The notes: a model not told the origin generated them from the sequence alone. DNA of 63,951 nucleotides, filler included, from Acidimicrobiia bacterium (GCA_046759765.1; 6 parts of 6 records of this genome joined end to end with filler, not necessarily neighbours in it), one strand, 5' to 3'; positions 39,725 to 49,510 are shown, counted from the whole stretch's first letter. Program-made: numbers and translations.

Positions 39725-40483
39725 CTAGGAGTGGGTACCGAAGAATTCGAGTAACCGCTGCCAGGCGTCGTCGCACTCCTCCTGATATTTGTCGTAGGCG
39801 CGGTCGAAGAATGAGTGCGGAGCTCCCGGGTAGGTCACGATCTCATGCGCTACGCCGGCGGTCGAGAGAGCCGCATCGAAGCGCTCGACTTCTTCCGCCG
39901 GAATGGAGGGATCGGCACCGCCCATGAGGCCCAGGATCGGGCATTCCATGTCGTAGACACGCTCAACGACCGGGGCCGCTCCGGGCGGGAAAAGACGGTT
40001 CGGATGGCCGTAGAAGCCGACGGCGCCGGCCAGCCCATGCCCGTTGGCAGCCTGATGCCAGGAGTTGGATCCGCCGAAACAGAAGCCGATCGTGAACACC
40101 TTGCGGGCAGGGTCCTCACGTCTGACGTTCTCCACCGCAGCGGCGACGTCGAGACGGATGCCGTCGAACGTGGTCTGTTCGACGTGATCCATGAATGAGA
40201 AGTCATCGCCTCGCTTGCCGACGCCGGCGGTGCGACCGAAATAATCGAACGCCACCGCGTCGTAGCCCTGAGCGGCGAGCTGAGCTGCCAGTTCCTCATA
40301 GAACGGGTAGAGGCCTCTGACGTCCGGCAACACCACGACCGCGGACCCGGCCTCATTGTCGCCGGTCGCCCCCATCGCGGCGAAGGTGTTTCCGTCGGCT
40401 GCCGATAACACAAGGTCCTCCCGGAAGACAGAGCCCCCCGAGACCGGAGGCACGGGCGGGAGCGCGTCGTGGTCGAAACACAT
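39725..40483 (-). CDS. Dienelactone hydrolase family protein
   Basis: PDVRGL, GFCFGG, GGADPSI, YPGAPHSFFD. Confidence 0.92.
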   Translation of the reverse strand: MCFDHDALPPVPPVSGGSVFREDLVLSAADGNTFAAMGATGDNEAGSAVVVLPDVRGLYPFYEELAAQLAAQGYDAVAFDYFGRTAGVGKRGDDFSFMDHVEQTTFDGIRLDVAAAVENVRREDPARKVFTIGFCFGGSNSWHQAANGHGLAGAVGFYGHPNRLFPPGAAPVVERVYDMECPILGLMGGADPSIPAEEVERFDAALSTAGVAHEIVTYPGAPHSFFDRAYDKYQEECDDAWQRLLEFFGTHS

Positions 40484-40512
40484 GGGGTAGGTCTCGGCTA
40501 GCTCCGGGCACC

Positions 40513-41289
40513 TTACTGGCGGGGGGAGGCTCCGGCCGAGAAGTTGGGCCGAAAGTCCGAAATGAAGTCGGCGGGTATTCGGATCGGACGGTAGGTCTCG
40601 ATATCGACCCAGACGTACTGGCTCCGGAACCGAGCGACGAGCTTGCCCCCGGCTGAGATGAGGTAGTGGCGGATGGCCATGACCCGACGCATATCCGATG
40701 CCCAGGTTCGTATCTCAAGCTCGTCTCCCAGCGCCATCGGCTCTCCGTAGGCGATCTGGTGGCGACGAAGGATCATGGCGAATCCCGCCGCCGTGCACCG
40801 CTCCATCGGCCAGCCATAGGCCGCGCAGAGATCGACCCCGCAGTCCTCTGCGAACGCCGACAGAGTCGCGGGAGAGACCTGCGCCTGCTCGTCGACATCG
40901 CGCCACTCCACTGGGCGGGTCTGGATGAAGACCGCTTCCGGGGCATCGGGAGGATCTGGTATTCGGTCCGATGGATCCCGGTGCGATCCCGGCGTGGCCC
41001 ACAGGGCACGGGCCCGGGCAACGAGATCGGCGTCCCGGTGGAATTCGTAGGCTCGGCGGAGAGGCTCGTCAGTATCAGTGAGTGCAGTGACCGTGACCTC
41101 CTCGCCAAAGGCCAGTGGCTCGACGAATTCGATGTCGGTCGTGCGGAGCCGAGGATCGCCGTTAGGGCGCAGGCCGGCTTCGAACTCGGCTTCTTCCAAG
41201 TAGCGGAGATAGGTGGTGTTGTTCACATGTCCGTAGGCGTCGCACTCATAGCGACGAATGCGAAAGGTACGAGTGATCGGTGAAACCAT
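40513..41289 (-). CDS. Tandem hotdog acyl-CoA/ACP thioesterase
   Basis: RRYECDAYGHVNNTTYLRYLEEA then a second degenerate hotdog VEWRDVDEQAQVSP. Confidence 0.85.
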   Translation of the reverse strand: MVSPITRTFRIRRYECDAYGHVNNTTYLRYLEEAEFEAGLRPNGDPRLRTTDIEFVEPLAFGEEVTVTALTDTDEPLRRAYEFHRDADLVARARALWATPGSHRDPSDRIPDPPDAPEAVFIQTRPVEWRDVDEQAQVSPATLSAFAEDCGVDLCAAYGWPMERCTAAGFAMILRRHQIAYGEPMALGDELEIRTWASDMRRVMAIRHYLISAGGKLVARFRSQYVWVDIETYRPIRIPADFISDFRPNFSAGASPRQ

Positions 41290-41539
41290 GCGGATCGCTC
41301 CAGCGAAGCTAACCCATCAACAACCGCGCTGACACCGCGCGAACATTGACCTTGGATCGACCACGCATCGTGGTGACAGGATGCTTATAGTTAAGAAGGA
41401 CCCACTGGTCATCTTTGCCCTACCGAACAGTGGGTTGCTGCCGAACCGTCCCAACGCTAGTCCTGGGGCGGTTCGCGCCCACGGATTCCTTCCGCCTGGC
41501 CGGGTCGCCCGATGGGCCGACTGATAGCGTTCTGAATCT

Positions 41540-44500
41540 ATGGACGAGGAGAACAAGGCGCCAGAGAGCGACGCCACTTTCCGCGACGAACGGAAGGTCG
41601 TCACCGCGCTGTTCGCCGATGTGGCAGGTTCTACCGCTCTCGGAGCTCAACTCGACCCGGAGGAGTTCCGACTGATCATCGGCGATGCCGTGGATCGGAT
41701 GATTCGGGCTGTCGAGCTGTACGGGGGAACGGTCAAGGAGATCGCCGGCGACGGCCTACTCGTGTTGTTCGGAGCACCCGTAGTGCACGAGGACGACCCC
41801 GAGCGGTCCATCCACGCCGCCTTGGCGATAACCACGGCGATCGAGCGATACGCGAGAGAGGTAGAAGAGGGCTGGGGAATCAAGGGATTCTCAGTGCGGG
41901 TCGGCATATGTACGGGCGCTGCCGTTCTGGGAACCGTTGGCGACGGCGCGGCAGCCGACTACACGGCTTACGGGGACTCCGTGAACACCGCCGCCCGCCT
42001 TCAGGGACACGCCGAGCCGGGCTCGATCCTCGTTGACCGCGCCAGCCAGCTTCTCGCCGAGCCGCTCTTCTCCTGGGGATCAGCGCAGGAGCTCGACCTA
42101 AAAGGAAAAGAAGGGCCGGTTACCGCCTATGCGGTCCGCGGAACCGTGGTCTCAGCGGAGGCAGCGGGACCGCCACTCTTGCACAGCAAGTTGATCGGCC
42201 GGGACTCCGAGTACGAGACGCTGACGGAAGTAGCCGAGTCGCTGGCGGCCGGGAGAGGAAGCATCCTCTTCCTGACGGGCGAGGCCGGCATCGGCAAGAG
42301 CAGGCTTCTCGATGAGCTCCGTCGGCTGGTGGAGTCTCACCCATCCGAGGTCGGACCCGCCCTGTGGCTCGAGGGCAACGCCGCCTCCTATGGAGAGGCA
42401 ACTCCGTACTGGCCGTTTCGCGACCTGATCCGACGTTGGCTGGGTGTGGCTCAGGACGAAGGAGACCTGCGAGTCCGGGTCGCGCTTCGGCGAGAGGTCG
42501 AGCGTCTCTTCGAGGACCGGGCGGTGGAGGTTTATCCGTACCTGGCCTCCATGTTGGCGCTAGGTGTCGAGCCGGAAGCGGCGGAGTGGATAGTGGGCCT
42601 CAGCCCGGAGTCGCTGCAGTACCGCACCTTCGAAGTAATAGGACAGCTGATCGCCCAACTGGCCGACGATCGGCCGGTGGTCGTGGGAGTCGAAGACCTC
42701 CACTGGGCAGATCCGACGTCCGTTCAGCTCCTGGAAACGCTGATGCCGGCCAGCGAAAGCCTGCCGATCCTGGTGGCGGTCACCGCGCGAATGGAGCCCG
42801 ACCATCAGTCCTGGGATCTGAGGGCCGCCATGGTGAGAGAGTTTCCTCACACGACCACCGAGCTGTCGCTCGAGACTCTTCCGGCCGAAGCCAACCGCAG
42901 ACTGCTGCGTGCTCTGGTGGGGGAGGTGCTTCCGGGCGACCTGGAACGCTCTGTGCTCGAGACTGCGGAAGGGAACCCGTTCTTCCTGGAGGAACTCGTC
43001 AGAACGTTGGTCGACGAGGGCGCACTGACCGAGTCCCCCGATGGCTGGGCATTCGACCACGCCGTCGACGTCGAGCTACCTGCCACTGTGGAAAGAGTCA
43101 TCCTCGCTCGAATCGACCGGCTGGACCCTCGCACCCACGACGTCCTGCGGAGCGCCTCGGTGCTCGGCCGCGAGTTCACCATGCCGCTCCTGGAGGCGGT
43201 TACCCAGGCAAGTCAGGAGGACTTGGATCAAGCCGCCCACCAGTTGCAGCGCCTCGACTTTGTCCGCCAAACCCGGCGCTGGCCGGATCCCGAATATCAG
43301 TTCAAGCACGCCCTGATCCAGGAAGCGGCCTACCGGACCCTTCTCAAAGCAGACCGGGTGCTCCGGCACGAGCTGGTGGGTCGGTTTCTCGAGGAGACCT
43401 ACTCCGACAACCAAGATGAGGTCCTGGGACTGCTGGCGTATCACTGGGCCGCGGCCGAGGTCGAAGACAAGGCGATTCGCTACTTGACTAAGGCCGGTGA
43501 CCAGGCGCGGCTCGAGTACGCGCTCGACGAGGCGATCGATCAGTACGTCGAGTTGCTGGAGCTACTCGAGCGCCGCGGCGACGATCAGCAGGCGGCACTG
43601 ATCCTGTTCAAGCTGGCGCTGGCCCTTCACATGTCGTTGAGGTTCGCCGAGGCTAACCGCGCCTACCAACGAGCCTTCGAATACTGGAAGGACTCCGGGG
43701 TATCCCCCACCCCACCCTCGGTCACCTTGAGGGTGGGAGGAGGTCGGCCGATGTATGGGCCGGACTTCCGCTCTCACTTTCTGGGTGACATCCAGCTGAA
43801 CATGTCGCTGCATGATCGGCTGGTGGAAGCCTGGCCGGAGCGCACGATCATTCCATCTCTGGCGGAGCGATGGACCATCTCGGACGACGGCCTTCGGTAC
43901 ACATTCCATCTCCGCGAAGGGCTGACCTGGTCGGATGGGGAGCCTCTCACCGCCCATGACGTCGAGTTTGGCATCAAGCAAATCCTCGATCCGGTCGAGC
44001 CCGGCATGTCGGTGGCGATCTACTTCGTCCTGGAGGACGCACAGGACTACCACCTGGGCCGGCACCAGGATCCGGACCGGGTTGGTGTAAGGGCACTGGA
44101 CGACCGTACGGTTGAGTTCCGGCTCGTCGCTCCTGCTCCTTACTTCATGTGGGTCGTCAACCGGCCCGACGGAGGACCACAACCCCGCCACCTCTTCGAG
44201 TCCGACCAGGCAGAAAAGGTCGGAACGGAAGTTGTGTCCGGTCCTTTCCGGCTAATCGAACGGGACGACGACCATCTGGTGATCGAAAGGCGAGACGACT
44301 ACACCAGATCGCGGCCCGGTAACGTTGCCCGGGTCGAGTGGACCTTCGGGTCGGAGGAGCTGGTACCCGCCTTCCAAACCGCGGACTTGGAGCTCTTGAC
44401 GTCGCGGTTCGAACATTTCGCCGCTCTCTACGAGGCCGTTCCCGACCGCGTCCGGACGTGGCCGCCTGCGTGGGGCATGTACCTTACTTTCGACCATTCC

Positions 44501-45187
44501 CACGTGGTTACCGGAAGCGCGGACTTCCGCCGGGCGTTGGCGCACGCCATCGATAGAGAGGCGCTGCGTGAGCTAGCTCCACCGACCTGGATCATCGCAA
44601 CGGGTGGACTCGTACCGCCGCCGCTTCAGGGCCACACTCCCGACATCTCTCTCCGCTTCGAGCCGGACCTGGCTCGTGAGTCCCTGGCAAACTCGGGCGT
44701 CGACATCGGCCCGCTGGTGATCCCGGTATTACCCGGACCGTCCGATGAGCCGGTCATCAGACGAGTCAGTGAGGACTGGCGGGAGGTCCTGGACCTGGAC
44801 GTGACGACCCGCGAGCTGACGATGGATGAGTACGCCAGCGGAGAGGCCGACAAGTACCTAGTGCAAACAGGCGGTTGGTATCCGGGCTATCCCGATCCTG
44901 AGTACTTCCTGCGACTGCTGCTGCACTCGGAGAGCGCAACGAACTTCGGCGGCTTTGCCGACGAGCATTTCGACCAGCTCATCGAGCAGGCTCGCCAGGA
45001 ACGGAACGATCGCAAACGCCTCGAGCTATATCACGAAGCCGATCGCTATGCGATTGCCGATCAGGTAGCGGTGATACCCCTTTGGTACGCGGCCAACGAG
45101 ACGTTCATCCAGCCCGGAGTGGAGGGCTGGTGGGAGTTCGGGAAGAGCTGGCCCAACTACGGCGACCTGATCGTCGACAACGAGTAA
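41540..45187 (+). CDS. Class III nucleotide cyclase - STAND AAA ATPase - helical linker - SBP family 5 fusion protein
   Basis: FADVAGST/AGDG/GDSVNTAAR cyclase; GEAGIGKS, VEDLHWAD, GNPFFLEEL, FKHALIQEAAY STAND; PSLAERWTISDDGLRYTFHLREGLTWSDGEPLTAHDV and FRRALAHAIDRE SBP5. Confidence 0.9.
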   Translation: MDEENKAPESDATFRDERKVVTALFADVAGSTALGAQLDPEEFRLIIGDAVDRMIRAVELYGGTVKEIAGDGLLVLFGAPVVHEDDPERSIHAALAITTAIERYAREVEEGWGIKGFSVRVGICTGAAVLGTVGDGAAADYTAYGDSVNTAARLQGHAEPGSILVDRASQLLAEPLFSWGSAQELDLKGKEGPVTAYAVRGTVVSAEAAGPPLLHSKLIGRDSEYETLTEVAESLAAGRGSILFLTGEAGIGKSRLLDELRRLVESHPSEVGPALWLEGNAASYGEATPYWPFRDLIRRWLGVAQDEGDLRVRVALRREVERLFEDRAVEVYPYLASMLALGVEPEAAEWIVGLSPESLQYRTFEVIGQLIAQLADDRPVVVGVEDLHWADPTSVQLLETLMPASESLPILVAVTARMEPDHQSWDLRAAMVREFPHTTTELSLETLPAEANRRLLRALVGEVLPGDLERSVLETAEGNPFFLEELVRTLVDEGALTESPDGWAFDHAVDVELPATVERVILARIDRLDPRTHDVLRSASVLGREFTMPLLEAVTQASQEDLDQAAHQLQRLDFVRQTRRWPDPEYQFKHALIQEAAYRTLLKADRVLRHELVGRFLEETYSDNQDEVLGLLAYHWAAAEVEDKAIRYLTKAGDQARLEYALDEAIDQYVELLELLERRGDDQQAALILFKLALALHMSLRFAEANRAYQRAFEYWKDSGVSPTPPSVTLRVGGGRPMYGPDFRSHFLGDIQLNMSLHDRLVEAWPERTIIPSLAERWTISDDGLRYTFHLREGLTWSDGEPLTAHDVEFGIKQILDPVEPGMSVAIYFVLEDAQDYHLGRHQDPDRVGVRALDDRTVEFRLVAPAPYFMWVVNRPDGGPQPRHLFESDQAEKVGTEVVSGPFRLIERDDDHLVIERRDDYTRSRPGNVARVEWTFGSEELVPAFQTADLELLTSRFEHFAALYEAVPDRVRTWPPAWGMYLTFDHSHVVTGSADFRRALAHAIDREALRELAPPTWIIATGGLVPPPLQGHTPDISLRFEPDLARESLANSGVDIGPLVIPVLPGPSDEPVIRRVSEDWREVLDLDVTTRELTMDEYASGEADKYLVQTGGWYPGYPDPEYFLRLLLHSESATNFGGFADEHFDQLIEQARQERNDRKRLELYHEADRYAIADQVAVIPLWYAANETFIQPGVEGWWEFGKSWPNYGDLIVDNE

Positions 45188-45203
45188 GGGCGACGCGCAA
45201 GCT

Positions 45204-45642
45204 ATGAGTGCACCGGCGGAAAACGGGTTGCTCACCGCAGAACCCGAGGGAGCACCGACCGTTCTGTTTCTTCACGGTGCAGGCGCCAATGCCGCCATGT
45301 GGCTTCCCCAATTCGAGCGGCTCCAATCTGACTTTCGCCTGCCAGCGCCTTAGTTGCCGGGAGGCCATGATCAACCGCGGGCTGTCGATTAAAGCGGCGG
45401 GCCAGGTGTTGCGTCGCTTACCGGGCCGCGACTTGCCGCGGATGCTGGCTTCGTATCCGGGCCCGACGCTGATTCTCAACGGCGAGCGAGACCGCCAGAA
45501 CATCAAGTCCGCACCCCAGATGGCCGCGGCTGCTCAACATGCCTCGATCCGGGTGATAGAGGACGCCGGCCACGCGTGCAGCCTTTCTCAGCCTGACATC
45601 TTCACCGGGGCTGTTCGGGTGTTCGCAAACTCAATCGTGTGA
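45204..45642 (+). pseudogene. Alpha/beta hydrolase pseudogene
   Basis: ATG 45204 ...VLFLHGAGANAAMWLPQF...LPAP* (TAG 45351); C-terminal PTLILNGERD...IEDAGH in another frame; GxSxG region absent. Confidence 0.75.
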
Positions 45643-45692
45643 AGCAGGAACGAGCTGGTCTCGGACAGCTCCAACTCAGCCTGGCAATCCAG

Positions 45693-46169
45693 CTAGATGA
45701 TCGGCAGGATTGCGGAAAGCACGATGTAGCCGATCCAGCCTATAACCGATGCTCCGATTGCCTTGCCGAGGGACACATCGAGGCCTTCTCGTACGGCGAC
45801 GATCGTGGCCACTAACGCCCAGATCGCGCCAATCCATCCGAGGAACGGGATGATCCCGAGTACCCGAGGGGCTTGGGCGAAGCCGGTGACACGGAGCATC
45901 TCGCCGTAATCCGCGGTGCCGTCAAACAACCGGGTCCCAACCCAATACGTAAGTGCGGCCCAAACAAGCCAACCGAGCAGCGCCGCAATCGTCCCGAGGA
46001 CGACGAGCCGGAAGAATGATCGATCGAGCACGAACCAGAGACCCAGTGCCGAGAGAACACTGGCGACGACGACTACCGCCACAGCCTGAGGTGTGTACGT
46101 GTCGTCGTGCTCGACCGTGTCGTAGAACTCTTTGTCGAGCCGGGCGGCTCGAATCATGTTCTGGATCAT
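45693..46169 (-). CDS. Yip1-like membrane protein
   Basis: MIRAARLD..FY..VEHD, several TM helices, LRVTGFAQAP, AVREGLD. Confidence 0.75.
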   Translation of the reverse strand: MIQNMIRAARLDKEFYDTVEHDDTYTPQAVAVVVVASVLSALGLWFVLDRSFFRLVVLGTIAALLGWLVWAALTYWVGTRLFDGTADYGEMLRVTGFAQAPRVLGIIPFLGWIGAIWALVATIVAVREGLDVSLGKAIGASVIGWIGYIVLSAILPII

Positions 46170-46233
46170 TGCCTACCTCCGTGCCGCCCGACGGACAGGC
46201 TATTTCATGACGTGCCTCGGGCGTCGGAAATCG

Positions 46234-46596
46234 CTAATAGACGAGCACTCTGTCGGCCGCAAAGGTCAGCTGGACCAGCTTGGCAGGCATCGCGAACGAG
46301 GCATTCTTCGGCGCGATATCAGCTTCGGTGACTCCTCTCCCCTGGGCTGACATACCGGAGACGAAGATCGGCACCTCTGCATCGACTAAGGCGGGCAGGG
46401 TGTCTTCCAGCGCCCCGGTTCCGATTCCCTTGAGGGAGGACATGACCTCATCCTTGAGCAGATAGGCCGCGTCCCCCGCGAAGAACATGGTGACGTCATG
46501 GCCATCATCCACGGCCGCCTTGGCGACTAGGCAGGCCAGGGCGGCCCGAGTCGGCGCCTCCGGCCCGTGGGTTACGTGAACCAATAGTGAGCCCAA
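46234..46596 (-). CDS. DsrE-family protein
   Basis: LVHVTHGPE, HDVTMFFAGDA, VSGMSAQGRGV, ADRVLVY. Confidence 0.82.
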   Translation of the reverse strand: MGSLLVHVTHGPEAPTRAALACLVAKAAVDDGHDVTMFFAGDAAYLLKDEVMSSLKGIGTGALEDTLPALVDAEVPIFVSGMSAQGRGVTEADIAPKNASFAMPAKLVQLTFAADRVLVY

Positions 46597-46695
46597 ATCT
46601 CTCCCCTCTCGATATGCCGACGCTACCTCCCGGGACCGCGGCGCGTTCGGCAGGGATCAGTTAAGTTTCGGTAGTAGCTACCGAGGGGAAGGACC

Positions 46696-47651
46696 ATGAC
46701 GGAGCTGACCAAGATCACGCTGGACGAGTCGGAGATCCCGACCAGCTGGTACAACATCATCCCGGACCTGCCGGCGCCGCCCCCTCCGATCCTGGCACCG
46801 GACACCCTGGAGCCCGTCGGGCCAGACGCTTTCGCTCCGATCTTCCCCATGGCGCTGATCATGCAGGAGGTCTCCACCGACAGCTACATCGAGATTCCCG
46901 GAGAGGTCCTCGACGTATACCGCATGTGGCGTCCCTCGCCCCTCTTCCGAGCCCATCGGCTGGAGAAGGCACTCGGGACCAAAGCCCGCATCTACTACAA
47001 GTACGAGGGTGGAAGCGCACCGGGATCGCACAAGCCCAACACTGCCGTGGCGCAAGCCTTCTACAACAAGCAGGAGGGCGCTCAGAAGATCGCCACGGAG
47101 ACCGGTGCCGGTCAGTGGGGCAGCGCCCTCGCCTTTGCCTGCTCGGTCTTCGACCTCGAGTGCGAGGTATGGATGGTCCGGGCCTCGTATGACCAGAAGC
47201 CTTATCGGAAATCGATGATGGAGGTCTGGGGAGCCACGGTCCACCCGAGCCCCTCCGACCTCACGGAAACGGGCCGCAAGCTGCTGGCCGAGGACCCGAG
47301 CAACACAGGAAGCCTCGGTATTGCCATCAGCGAGGCCGTGGAAACTGCTGCCCAGAGCGAAACAACCAAGTATTCACTGGGAAGCGTGCTGAACCACGTA
47401 CTCATGCACCAGACGGTCATCGGCGAAGAGGCTCTGGTGCAGCTGCAAAACATTGGTGAGACTCCCGACCTGCTGCTGGGATGCACTGGCGGCGGGTCGA
47501 ACTTCGGCGGCCTCGCCTTCCCGTTCCTGCGAGAGAAGATGGCCGGCAACATGAACCCAACGATTCGCTGCGTCGAGCCGGCGGCGTGTCCGTCATTCAC
47601 CAAGGGTGAGTACCGGTACGACTTCGGCGACACGGCGCCGTTCATCCCGCT
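46696..47651 (+). CDS. trpB2: TrpB2-type PLP enzyme, 3'-truncated
   Basis: [51 protein letters not shown]. Confidence 0.92.
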
Positions 47652-47751
47652 NNNNNNNNNNNNNNNNNNNNNNNNNNNNNNNNNNNNNNNNNNNNTTAAT
47701 TAATTAANNNNNNNNNNNNNNNNNNNNNNNNNNNNNNNNNNNNNNNNNNNN
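47652..47751. other. Artificial contig linker
   Basis: N44-TTAATTAATTAA-N44. Confidence 0.99.
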
Positions 47752-48350
47752 TGGAGCGGGTAGTCGACGCTGTCGGACAGCAGCCGATAGGCCGCGACCA
47801 TCGACGGCACGTGCGAGTGCTTTACCGAGATCTTTATGTCGTGAAAGTCGACCTCTTCCAGGTAGCGAATCTCTTTGAGCGCCGATTCCACCAACGCCTC
47901 CGGAGTCGGCTTACCGAAACGCGTCAATAGCTCACGGTCCAGAGAACCCGCATTGACACCCACCCTGATGGGCACGCCGCGATCCTTGGCCTCGCGGGCG
48001 ACTGCCTTGATCTGCTCTTCCTTTCGGATGTTCCCCGGATTGAGCCGAAGAGCTTGGACACCCGCTTCGAGCGCCCCTAGCGCCAGCCGGTATTGGAAGT
48101 GGATGTCGGCAACGATGGGTACGGGGGACCGCGGCACGATCTCAGCCAGCGCCTCGGCGGCCTCCGGTTCGTTACAGGTGATTCGAACAATGTCCGCTCC
48201 GGCGCCGCGGAGCGCGTACACCTGGGCCAGCGTTCCATCGACGTCGGAGGTCTTTGTCGTCGTCATCGACTGAACGGAGACCGGGGCGCCGCCCCCGACT
48301 ACGACATCTCCCACCGCAACCGCGCGGGTCGTTCTTCGAGTGATTGCCAT
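47752..48350 (-). CDS. ispG: HMBPP synthase IspG, 3'-truncated
   Basis: VSVQSMTTT, VADIHF, RLNPGNI, IRVGVNAGSL, KISVK. Confidence 0.95.
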
Positions 48351-49460
48351 CTAACCGAAGTTGATGGGATTAACGATATCGAGAAAGAGACCGACCATTC
48401 CAATGAATACCAGCAACACGACGACCATGGCCGCGATCGGAGCGAGCTTGCGGACATCGGCCCGGCGATGCGTGACGCGTTCGTAGATGGCTACCGCGAA
48501 GTGACCTCCATCAAGCGGATATATCGGCAGTCCGTTCAGCACACCGAGGAACACGTTCAGGAAGGCCATGATCACCAGGAACCGCTCCAGTCCGAGCGCA
48601 CCCACCTGAGCACCGATCTGGGCGACTCCTAGCGGCGAGGTTGGCCGAAGGTTGTCCGGCAGGCTCTCTCCCCCGTCCGTGAAGACGGCTGCGAGCTTGG
48701 CGAGTGAGTCGGGGCGCACGAGGTTGAACAGAGCTTCGTAGGCGGTGGCGATCATCGTGATCAGCTCTCGACCTGCCATCCCCGCTGCTCGGAACGGGCC
48801 CACAAACTCCCTGGTTACCTCCGGAACGATCCCGAAGTAGCCGACCTTCTCGCCGCTGTCGGGGTGAGTGTCCCCGATAACGGGGCTCAAGGAGACCAGC
48901 TCGCCGTCGCGTTCGACTATGACAACGACGGGAGACCCGGGACGTCCCCGGATCTCCTCCACCAAGACACCCCAGTCCGTGATTGCCTCACCGTCCAAAG
49001 TGACTATGCGATCGCCGTCCTGGACGCCGGACGCTGCCGCCGGGCTCTCGGGCACGACCGCGGCCACGGTCAGCTGCACCTCACCCGTTGGAACTCCGAA
49101 CAGCGCGATGACCAGGAGAACGATCAGGTAGGCCATCACGAAGTGCAGAGCCACACCCGCCAGGACTACGACGGATTTCTCCCAGAACTTCTTCTCCCGG
49201 TACGTCCTCCCGGCGTCGGCGGGATCGACCGACTCGAAAGGATTCATACCTGTGATTCGCACGTAGCCGCCGGCGGGAATCGCCTTCACACCGTAAGTGG
49301 TTTCACCGCGAACCGTGGCCCAGAGCCTCGGCCCAAACCCAAAGAAGAACTCGGTCACCTTCATTCCGGTGAGCCGAGCTGACACGTAGTGTCCGGCCTC
49401 GTGCACCATGACGAAGAAAACCAGGGCGGAGAGCATCACGATCGCTCCGAGCGTGCTCAC
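48351..49460 (-). CDS. rseP: M50 intramembrane zinc protease with PDZ (RseP/Rip1)
   Basis: HEAGH, FFFGFGP, IPAGGYVRI, PDZ SPAAASG, PLDGGH. Confidence 0.92.
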   Translation of the reverse strand: MSTLGAIVMLSALVFFVMVHEAGHYVSARLTGMKVTEFFFGFGPRLWATVRGETTYGVKAIPAGGYVRITGMNPFESVDPADAGRTYREKKFWEKSVVVLAGVALHFVMAYLIVLLVIALFGVPTGEVQLTVAAVVPESPAAASGVQDGDRIVTLDGEAITDWGVLVEEIRGRPGSPVVVIVERDGELVSLSPVIGDTHPDSGEKVGYFGIVPEVTREFVGPFRAAGMAGRELITMIATAYEALFNLVRPDSLAKLAAVFTDGGESLPDNLRPTSPLGVAQIGAQVGALGLERFLVIMAFLNVFLGVLNGLPIYPLDGGHFAVAIYERVTHRRADVRKLAPIAAMVVVLLVFIGMVGLFLDIVNPINFG

Positions 49461-49510
49461 GACCCAATCCTCTGGGTGATCATGAGGTTCACGCTACCCG
49501 TTCAATCGGG

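Noticed and set aside
41381..41524. 47-codon ORF MLIVKKDPLV... upstream of the STAND gene
   Set aside because: No recognisable family, weak RBS, overlaps the putative -10 box and hairpins.
41540..45187. Calling the cyclase-STAND protein an anti-phage (Avs/Pycsar) system
   Set aside because: No adjacent cNMP-binding effector, nuclease or defence-island context; a signalling role is equally or more plausible.
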